Shown here piece after piece: positions 39,005-46,669 of a stretch of 64,000 nt of DNA; position 1 is the first letter of the stretch; each line of letters begins with the position of its first letter. The notes beneath the pieces are model-generated. The model saw only the letters and a list, made by a program, of their open reading frames with translations. It was not told the DNA's origin and made no database searches. A program made the position numbers and the translations under genes. The stretch lies in NCBI GenBank assembly GCA_965248925.1, contig CBDFLE010000006.1:4960001-5024000 (forward strand), in the 5' to 3' direction. This DNA is from Candidatus Multivoradales bacterium. GTDB lineage: Bacteria > Acidobacteriota > Thermoanaerobaculia > Multivoradales > J023.

Positions 39005-39940
39005 ATGGTCCTCAACGCTGGCAACCTCAATTCCACCGCGGCTTGTTGCGCTAACTGCGGCCGGCCGTTGGCCGACGACCGCTACTGTGGTGACTGCGGC
39101 CAGCGAGTGATCGACCATCGGCGACCGCTGCGGCATTTGCTGGGTGAGTTCCAAGATCAGGTCTTTGCTTTCGACGGGCGCAGTTGGCGTACTTTGGTGA
39201 TGTTGATCCGCCGCCCTGGCTTGCTGACCGCCGTGTACAACGCCGGCCGCCGGGTGCTCTTTGTGCCACCGCTGCGGCTCTACCTGCTGATCAGCTTCTT
39301 CTTCTTTCTCGCCATCCAGCTGACCGACCAGCAGATCGTCCAGTTCAGCAGCACGGTGGCTTTGGAAGACGCGGCAGAGGATGCGACGGCTGTGGCGGTG
39401 GAACCCGGTGACCCGGCCCTGCCCCAGGTGTCGAGCGCCAGGCCCGCGGAGCCAGCTACTGAGACCGAGGACGAATCACCTTTCTCGCGCTTCATCTCGA
39501 CTCGTCTCGAGCACGTCGAGCAGAGCTACGACGATCCGCAGGCCGAAATCAACGAGCTGGTCAGCCGGCGAGTACCACAGACCATGTTTTTCCTGGTGCC
39601 GATGATGGCACTGATTCTCAAGCTGGTTTATTTCCGCAGAGGCGTGTTCTACGTCGAGCACCTGATCTTCGCGGTGCATGCCCACGCGGCAATTTTCTTG
39701 GCCTTGCTGGTGGCGATCCTCCTCAACGTGGCGTTGGCGCCTTGGTGGGAGCAGTCGCGGCTGGTCGGATTGCCGATCATTCTGGCGATGACCGTGCACT
39801 TCTTCAAGAGCCTGCGCCGGGTCTACCAGCAGTCGCGGCTGATTTCGGCTCTCAAGTGGATAGTGATCGGAATCGCCTACGGCCTTTCCTTCTCGGTAGC
39901 CTTCCTCGGTGTCCTCCTGATCAGCCTGCTGTTGGTCTGA
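39005..39940 (+). CDS. DUF3667-domain membrane protein
   Basis: CANCG..YCGDCGQ, FDGR.WRTL..L.RPG.LT..Y.GRR..PPLRLYL, FYVEHLIFA.H. Confidence 0.9.
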   Translation: MVLNAGNLNSTAACCANCGRPLADDRYCGDCGQRVIDHRRPLRHLLGEFQDQVFAFDGRSWRTLVMLIRRPGLLTAVYNAGRRVLFVPPLRLYLLISFFFFLAIQLTDQQIVQFSSTVALEDAAEDATAVAVEPGDPALPQVSSARPAEPATETEDESPFSRFISTRLEHVEQSYDDPQAEINELVSRRVPQTMFFLVPMMALILKLVYFRRGVFYVEHLIFAVHAHAAIFLALLVAILLNVALAPWWEQSRLVGLPIILAMTVHFFKSLRRVYQQSRLISALKWIVIGIAYGLSFSVAFLGVLLISLLLV

Positions 39941-39988
39941 CGTCCCAAGGTTGAACGGGCCAGTGGCGCTGTGACCTGATAGCTGCGC

Positions 39989-41929
39989 TCAGCCATCGGC
40001 GACGAAGAAGAACTCGCCTCCTTCGTCACCGGCGTCGGTGATCGGCGCCAACTGGGGATCCTGCTCGACGCCATAGCGGGCGGCGGCCGCGACGACGCTG
40101 GCGCCGAGCTCCGAGAATACGGTCGCGGTGGCCAGCACGCCGGGGTTTTCGCTCAACACGTCGAGCAGCGCGGCGGAGAAAACCGAGTGACCACCGCTGC
40201 CCTGATCGAGCACCGGACTAAGGCCGCCAGAAGTCAGCGCCAAGCGCGAGCGCCGTTCGAGGGCTTGTTCGATGGCATCGTCGTCTCGAGGAGCCTCCAG
40301 GATGCCAGCTGAAGGGTCGGTCAAGGCGCCGGCGTAGCACGAGTCGGCGATCACCAGCAGTTGTCGGGCGGCGCTTGCCTCCAGTACCGCGGAGATCTCG
40401 TAGCGGGTGGAAATCCAATTGGCGGTGCTGTCGATCTCGGCATCCACCGGCTGCCAGTAGCCGCTCTGGCTGCGTTCATCGAGCCAACCGTGGCCGGCGT
40501 AGTAAATCAACAGATTGTCGGTCCGGGTCAGACTCTGGGCGATATCGGTAATGGCGTTGAGAATCTGGCTGCGGGTAGCGTCGGTTAGCAGAGTGACTTG
40601 GAACCCGTATTTCTGCTCCAGTACTCGGGCGATCTCTCTGGCGTCGAAGACCGCGGTTTCGAGGGTTGGAAGATGCGCGTAGGCGTCGTTGCCGATGACC
40701 AGGGCGTGGTAAGTGCCGAAAGCGATTCCTGCCGGCACGCTGCTGGCGCTGGTGCTCGTCTTGGCCGCATTGGGGTTGAATAAGTCGGCCCGCCAAGCCA
40801 GCCCAGCGCCCAGGACGAGGAGCACAAGGGCAGCACCGAGCCACTTGGCGAGAGCGCCGCCTCTAGCTTGGTGGGTCACTGCCGGCCCGGTGGCGGGGTG
40901 GATGTCGGTCTGCTGCCGCGAAGTCAGGACGGTGGCGTCGGTGGTCGCCGCGTCGAAGGTAGCTGCGCCGGTGGTAGCTGTGGCTGGAAGCACGGTGGCG
41001 GCGGTCGATCCGCGCAACAAGACTGGCGCTGGATGAGCAGCAGGTAAGACGACCGGTAGCTCAGAGGTCTCTAACCCAGTGAGGGCGTTGGACAGCTCTT
41101 GGGCGCTTTGGAAGCGATCCTCGGGACGCTTGGCGAAGGCTCTCATCACCGTTGCTCGCAGCGGATCGGGGATCAGACCTTCGGGGTCCGATTCCGCGAA
41201 CGGCCGGGGTGGGTGAATCAAGTGGCCGGCGATCAGCGACATCTGGTCGCTGCCGACGATCGGAAACTGCCCGGTGAGCAGTTGGTAGAGCACCACGCCG
41301 AACGAGTAGAGATCGCTGCGCCCATCGACCCCGGCCTTCTGGTCGCCACCACCGAGCTGCTCGGGGGAGATATAACGCACCTTGCCGACGAACATGCCGG
41401 TGCGGGTCTTCCACTGGGTGTTGTCAAGTGGTTTGGCAATTCCCAGATCGATCAGCTTGACCAGCAGCTGGCCGTCGCTGTCGCGGGTGATCATGATGTT
41501 GTCGGGCGAAATATCGCGATGCACTATCTGCTGGCGATGCAAATAGCCAAGGGCGCTAAGGGTCTGGCGGCTGACCTCGATCACTTCTTCGATCGGCAGC
41601 GCGCCATCGCGCTCCAGCTGCTCGGCCAGGTTGAGGCCATCGATGAACTCCATCACTAGGTAAGCGGTGCCGTCCTCGGTGGTGCTGAAGTCGTAAATCG
41701 CGGCGACATTGGGATGGCGGAGCTTGGTCGCTACTCGGGCCTCGCGCAAGAAGCGGGCTTGCAGCTCGGGATCCTCGCGGAACTGTGAGCGGATCAGCTT
41801 GATCACCCGCACTTCGTCGAGCAGGATGTGGCGCACCTTGTAGATGGCCCCCATCCCACCCTCGCCCATCTTGTCGAGGATCTCGTATTTGCGGCGGATC
41901 TCCGCGACGCCGATCAGTTCATCGCTCAC
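39989..41929 (-). CDS. Ser/Thr kinase - TM - caspase-like (peptidase C14) fusion
   Basis: GEGGMGAIY, HRDISPDN, DLG, YISPEQ; Thr/Ala-rich linker; TM helix; HALVIGND.Y, YYAGHG, IADSCY, GHSVF. Confidence 0.92.
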   Translation of the reverse strand: MSDELIGVAEIRRKYEILDKMGEGGMGAIYKVRHILLDEVRVIKLIRSQFREDPELQARFLREARVATKLRHPNVAAIYDFSTTEDGTAYLVMEFIDGLNLAEQLERDGALPIEEVIEVSRQTLSALGYLHRQQIVHRDISPDNIMITRDSDGQLLVKLIDLGIAKPLDNTQWKTRTGMFVGKVRYISPEQLGGGDQKAGVDGRSDLYSFGVVLYQLLTGQFPIVGSDQMSLIAGHLIHPPRPFAESDPEGLIPDPLRATVMRAFAKRPEDRFQSAQELSNALTGLETSELPVVLPAAHPAPVLLRGSTAATVLPATATTGAATFDAATTDATVLTSRQQTDIHPATGPAVTHQARGGALAKWLGAALVLLVLGAGLAWRADLFNPNAAKTSTSASSVPAGIAFGTYHALVIGNDAYAHLPTLETAVFDAREIARVLEQKYGFQVTLLTDATRSQILNAITDIAQSLTRTDNLLIYYAGHGWLDERSQSGYWQPVDAEIDSTANWISTRYEISAVLEASAARQLLVIADSCYAGALTDPSAGILEAPRDDDAIEQALERRSRLALTSGGLSPVLDQGSGGHSVFSAALLDVLSENPGVLATATVFSELGASVVAAAARYGVEQDPQLAPITDAGDEGGEFFFVADG

Positions 41930-41941
41930 CGCGGTAGTTTG

Positions 41942-42361
41942 TCAGACAATCGCCTGTCGGCGTACCTCTAGCGGTCGGTCGGCGTGGCGACGAGTGCCGG
42001 TGAGGTGCCATCCGCTTGGCCGCGGCTCCTGCAGGTCATATTGACTGGCGCGAGTCCAATTCGGCGCGGCGAAGCCACAGGGGTGACGGATGTTCAACTT
42101 GTTGTCCTGAAACTCAGGATTGTCCCAGGTGCATTCGATGCGAAAGCCGTCTTCAATGGCGACGAAGGAGGGGGTCGCGGAACGGGGCAGCCAGGTCTCA
42201 CAGGCGTCGTCCAGGTAGCGAACGTGGCCGATTCCCGCTGGCAGCGGGGCTTGCATGATCTGGCCACTGAACGGGCTCCAGCCAGTAACTGGTACCCAGG
42301 AGGTAAAAACCGGCGTCGCGCCCGGAGCGGCACGCAATGTGCTCTGATATCCTCTGTACAT
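41942..42361 (-). pseudogene. Probable gene fragment (resembles N-terminal part of beta-helix carbohydrate-active proteins)
   Basis: RAAPGATPVF..VPVTGW..I.QAPLP motif only; weak recall-based similarity. Confidence 0.3.
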
Positions 42362-42587
42362 GGCGAAATCGAGGTTTCAAGAACAGGCTGCAAGGCGGCT
42401 GAACCTGTGCTTTGAGATGTTCGACTTCGGCGCGGACATGATGCAGCAGAAGCTTCGGCGAGATCATCCTGGGGCCACGGACGAGGAGATCCGAGTTCTT
42501 CTCTCGGCTTGGCTACACCACCGACCGGGAGCGGAACACGGTGATGGGCAAGGACGTCCGGGAGCCTGGCCGCGGTCGCCGAAATGA
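42360..42587 (+). CDS. Small partner protein (putative antitoxin) of the nucleotidyltransferase
   Basis: LRRDHPGATDEEI motif; stop overlaps the next ATG. Confidence 0.7.
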   Translation: MAKSRFQEQAARRLNLCFEMFDFGADMMQQKLRRDHPGATDEEIRVLLSAWLHHRPGAEHGDGQGRPGAWPRSPK

Positions 42588-43156
42588 GCCTCAAAGAGGT
42601 TCTACGATATTTAGCCTTCGAGTTGCAGGGTGTGGCGTGGGCTTTGGTCGGCGGCATTTCTATTTCCGTCCGCATCGAACCTAGATTCACTCGAGACATC
42701 GATCTGGCTATTGCCACCCTTGACGATGCCGGAGCCGAATCGCTGGTCAACCGGTTCCTTCACCAGGGCTTCAGCGTCCACATGCTCCTCGAGCAGGAGA
42801 CGACCGGAAGGATGGCCACCGTTCGTCTCCACACGCCCATGGCTGAAGATGGCCCGCTCGTTGACCTGCTCTTCGCCTCGTCTGGGATTGAGCCAGAGGT
42901 AGTCGCAGAGGCGGAGCCTGTCGAGATAGCGTCAGGACTCATTGTCCCGGTAGCCCAACTGGGTCATCTGCTGGCGATGAAGATCCTGGCTCGGGACGAC
43001 CAGCAGCGGCCGCAAGATCTTGTAGACATCCGGGACATCTTGGCCGTTGCCCCGCCGGAGGAGTTCGAACGAGCGAGGGATGCTCTGCGATTGATCGCCA
43101 AACGAGGCTATCAACGCGACAAGGATCTATTGAAAGAACTCGCAGACTTCGAGTAG
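42584..43156 (+). CDS. AbiEii/AbiGii-like nucleotidyltransferase toxin
   Basis: ALVGG.S..PRFTRDIDL, VDLL, LLAMK..RPQDLVD. Confidence 0.85.
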   Translation: MSLKEVLRYLAFELQGVAWALVGGISISVRIEPRFTRDIDLAIATLDDAGAESLVNRFLHQGFSVHMLLEQETTGRMATVRLHTPMAEDGPLVDLLFASSGIEPEVVAEAEPVEIASGLIVPVAQLGHLLAMKILARDDQQRPQDLVDIRDILAVAPPEEFERARDALRLIAKRGYQRDKDLLKELADFE

Positions 43157-43319
43157 ACAGAGTTTGGGCGGTGCTCGCTGGGGTGCCCCTCGGGTTGCTG
43201 TTTCCTTGCTGCCGAGAAGTGACTAGCACCGAGCAGAGGCGGCGGGCTTGCCCGAGTTTCGCGGGGTTGCCAGGCCCTCGGCTGTAGCGCGCTTCCACTA
43301 CGACGAGAGCTTTTCTGGT

Positions 43320-43502
43320 TCAGGCGGATCGCACGGATGACTGGAACCTGGCCTTTCTTGGCCGCGGATCTACAAGCTCCCTGTCGCCGCACTCTTCCTT
43401 CAGGCGGAGATCTTCAGTGATCGCCTGCAAGTCATGATCGAAGCGCTTCGAGTAGGCATCTCGAATCGCTCGAACCTCCTCGACGACTGGATCGCGCCAC
43501 AT
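43320..43502 (-). CDS. Small partner protein (putative antitoxin) of the PIN protein
   Basis: MWRDPVVEEVRAIRD..F.HDL.AI..DL; GGAGGAG RBS at the end of the PIN gene. Confidence 0.75.
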   Translation of the reverse strand: MWRDPVVEEVRAIRDAYSKRFDHDLQAITEDLRLKEECGDRELVDPRPRKARFQSSVRSA

Positions 43503-43504
43503 AA

Positions 43505-43975
43505 CTACTCCTCCATTAGCTCTATAGGTGTACAGATCACCGGCGGTTCGTAGCCGCCTGTTCGACACACCGCCTCGATTCCGTATCGGGTGGCTGCGTT
43601 GGCAATGTGTTTGCAGTTCCACGTCAGCAGGTAGTCAACACCGCCGACAACCGAGATAGCTATGTGCAGAGCGTCCGCTGTCGCTTTGTCTGGTAGCGGC
43701 ACCCCTGCCACCAACCGGCCGGCCAGTGCTGTTGCCTCCTCAGAGGTCCTTAGACTGGGTACACCCACCATGGCTCCCAGACGCTCCTTCGCAGCCTGTG
43801 GATCGCCACCGCTAGACTCTTCGATCACCAGTTGTGAGATTAGGAGATCGAAGCGGTCCCGTGTTTGCCACCATTCTCTGGTGATCTGCTGCTGGGCTGC
43901 CTTGATGAGATCGCGGCTTGGTCGGGCGGTAAGGTAGCTCGGGATCGTCGTTTCGATGTAGACCTTGAGCTTCAT
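43505..43975 (-). CDS. PIN-domain (VapC-like) toxin
   Basis: VYIETTIPSY, SQLVIEE, DALHIA, DYLLTWNCKHIAN, ICTP.EL. Confidence 0.9.
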   Translation of the reverse strand: MKLKVYIETTIPSYLTARPSRDLIKAAQQQITREWWQTRDRFDLLISQLVIEESSGGDPQAAKERLGAMVGVPSLRTSEEATALAGRLVAGVPLPDKATADALHIAISVVGGVDYLLTWNCKHIANAATRYGIEAVCRTGGYEPPVICTPIELMEE

Positions 43976-44115
43976 GGCGTGGTTCTCGGCGGTTCTCGAC
44001 GCCAGCCACCTGGCGAAGACTCTCCAAGACATGATATCGCACCATCAGGAGTCACCGGGCCATTGCCGGGCATGGCGAACTGATGGCCGCCGATCGCTCA
44101 GCCTGCGAAGACCTC

Positions 44116-44176
44116 GTCTAGCGTCGAAGTATTGGTTCAGCCGCAGCGGGAGACTGCGGACCAGCAGCTATTAGAG
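44116..44176 (-). other. Degenerate attC-like hairpin
   Basis: Minus strand CTCTAAT...GCGGCTGAAC...GCTAGAC with internal stem ccgcag/ctgcgg. Both core sites deviate from the RYYYAAC/GTTRRRY consensus. Confidence 0.4.
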
Positions 44177-44194
44177 GAAGCACCTCGCCCTCGT

Positions 44195-44315
44195 CCTCAC
44201 AAAATCTCCACCACCACCGCCCCCCGCACCTTCGCCATACAAGCCAGGCGGCAGGAGCCGGCTTCGAGATCGCAGATGTCTTCCAGAGTCTCGGCTTCGC
44301 CGTCGGTGGCTTCGG
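44195..44315 (-). repeat. 121-bp duplicate of 46668-46788 (3' end and stop codon of the oxidoreductase-ferredoxin gene)
   Basis: 120/121 identical by eye; single G/T difference at 44266/46739. Confidence 0.95.
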
Positions 44316-45682
44316 GGATCCGTCCCGAGTCCTGTAGAAATTGCAAGAATGGCGTAACCTCCAGTCAGACAATGACTTTGCCACATCGGCGAAAGGAGGC
44401 TACGCCATGCAGGAAGCTACCACGACCAGCGACCCGGCCCTCACGTTTCGTCGCGACCTGAACGCCTTGCTTCGGTCTAGGATCCGTGAAGCAATTCAAG
44501 TAGTACTTGAGGAAGAGCTCGAGGAGGCGCTGGGCTGCTGTCGCTATGACCGCAGCGATGCCCGCATGGGCTACCGCCACGGCAGTATCGAGCGATGCGT
44601 GACGACTGCCAGCGGCCCGCAGACGCTAGATGTCCCGCGGGGCCGGCTGGTTAACGAGAACGGCGAGGAAACGGAGTTTCGCAGCAAGATCCTGCCTCGC
44701 TACGGGCGTCGGAGTCGTGAAGTCGATGAAGCCATCTTGGAGACCTACCTGGCGGTTGCCAACAGCCGCCGAATCCGCAAAGCGCTGGCGCCGCTTCTGG
44801 GCGAGCAGCACTTGTCGAAGAGTGCGGTTTCTCGTGTGGTCGGTCGCCTGAAGACCCACTTCTCCGACTGGCAGACTCGTGATCTCAGCGACGATCACTA
44901 CTCGATCGTCTACTTGGATGGCATTCACCTGAAGGTCCGGCTGGCTCGTCGCGTCATTTCCGTACCGGTTCTCGCCGTGATGGGGTCGATGGCGACGGCC
45001 GTAAGATACTGGTATCGCTACAGTTGGCCGTCAGTGAGGCGTCGCTACATTGGAAAGGCGTCATCGAAGACCTGCTCCGTCGAGGACTACCGACGCCCGA
45101 GTTGGTGATCGCCGATGGTCATGGCGGACTCACCAAAGCCATCACCGCTTGGCCGGAGGCTCGCGTCCAACGCTGCACCCAGCACAAGTGGCGCAACCTA
45201 AGCGAGCACTGCCCGGCTCACGCCCGCGCCGAGCTCAAACGCGACTGGGATCGGATCGTCTACGCGAACAACGGCAACGCCGCCCGCAAAGCCTACGACT
45301 CTTTGCTTCGCAAGTGGTCCACCTTGGTGCCCAGCGTGGGGCGCAGCCTCGAGGAAGCTGGGCTCCAACTCCTGACCCTCTACGAGTTCCCCAAGTCGAT
45401 GTGGAAGTCGCTGCGTAGCACCAACGCTGTGGAGAACCTCAACCGCGAGTTCCGGCGACGCACCAAGACCCAGGGATCTTTCTCGACCGAAGCCGCAGCA
45501 GTGAACCTTCTCTGGGCTCTCGTCGCATTCGGTCAGATCACGCTGCGCCGCATCGCCGGGCATCGGGAAGTTCAACTTCTCACTGACCAGCAACGCCAGG
45601 CGGCAGCCTAGAAAGTACAATCAACGCTACAGCTGGAGGCTTGGCGCCAGATCTACTTTTCTACAGACTTCGGGACACATCC
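44316..45682 (+). mobile_element. IS256-family element, no target-site duplication
   Basis: Ends GGATCCGTCCCGAGTCCTGTAGAAA and TTTCTACAGACTTCGGGACACATCC form imperfect TIRs; flanks differ. Confidence 0.9.
44407..45611 (+). pseudogene. IS256 (mutator-type) transposase with 1-nt frameshift in G-run 44982-44985
   Basis: GYRHG, VPRGR, YLDGI, IADGHGGL, QRCTQH, RSTNAVENLNREFRRR. One extra G gives VMGVDGDGRKIL. Confidence 0.9.
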
Positions 45683-45914
45683 AGAATCTGGCGGGCGGGT
45701 ACTCCGGCGGCTTGAGTGTATGTGCGAACAGGTCTCCGTTGACGAGATGCAAGATCTCGCGGGCTATGATCTGACGTTCGTGGAGTATCTTATGAAGTCG
45801 GCAATCAAGACGTGTATCGTAGGCGATCCGCGCCAAGCCACCTACCTGACGAATCGCTCACCGAAGAGTTCCAGGTATCGAAAGCTTGGACTTCTCCAGT
45901 GGGCGGAGGAGTGA
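45683..45914 (+). pseudogene. UvrD-like (GajB-like) helicase fragment truncated by IS256
   Basis: VDEMQDLAGYDL (Walker B) and VGDPRQATY (motif III); Walker A missing. Confidence 0.7.
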
Positions 45915-45968
45915 GTGAAAGCGGGGCACGCAGGAAAACGAACGTCAGTAGAAGGGAAAAGAGGAAAA

Positions 45969-46244
45969 GTGGCCGGCTATATATTCGAGTGGGACGCGGT
46001 AAAGGCCGCGCGGAACAGGCGGAAGCACCGGGTCACGTTCGATGAGGCCACGACGGTCTTCGCCGATCCGCTGAGCATGCTTCGGGCCGATCCCGACCAT
46101 TCTCACACCGAGCAACGGTTCATTGTACTTGGTATGTCAAGTCAGCACCGGTTGCTTGTGGTAGCCTTCCTTGAACGATCTCCTCGCACCCGCCTGATTA
46201 CCGCAAGGCGGGCGACGCGGAAGGAGCGGCGGCAGTATGAATAG
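45969..46244 (+). CDS. brnT: BrnT family toxin
   Basis: FEWD..K..N.RKH.V.F.EA..VF.DP..HS..E.RF..G..RLITAR.AT..E. Confidence 0.93.
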   Translation: MAGYIFEWDAVKAARNRRKHRVTFDEATTVFADPLSMLRADPDHSHTEQRFIVLGMSSQHRLLVVAFLERSPRTRLITARRATRKERRQYE

Positions 46245-46458
46245 AAAATCTAGCGGTCGTACGAGCCCAGCTGACCGTGACACCATGCGCCCCGAGTATG
46301 ACTTCTCGGGCGCGAAGCGCGGCGTCACTGCGGCCCGGTATGCCGAGGGCACAAACGTCGTCGTGATCGACCCCGAGGTTCTCGATGTGTTCCCTGACAG
46401 CAAGACCGTGAATGCGGCTCTTCGGGCATTGGCACCAGTGATCCGCAGGCAGGGCTAG
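46237..46458 (+). CDS. BrnA-like antitoxin
   Basis: MRPEYDFS..RG..IDPEV..FPDS..VN.ALR; overlaps brnT. Confidence 0.85.
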   Translation: MNRKSSGRTSPADRDTMRPEYDFSGAKRGVTAARYAEGTNVVVIDPEVLDVFPDSKTVNAALRALAPVIRRQG

Positions 46459-46669
46459 CCGGGACCAAGGCGTAGCGCCAAGCCGTCGGATGCAGCGGCC
46501 TGGCCTGCGACCGGTCGACTATCGAGCAGGCCGCTCCGGCTTCACCGACTACCTGATCGGACAGCAGAATGCTGGGGCAAGTACTCGACTGTAACCCATG
46601 CGCCAGGGCCTCCCGCCGCCAACGGCTCTGCGGCCAAGCCCTTTCTGGTCAGTGCCGACCGCTCCACCC

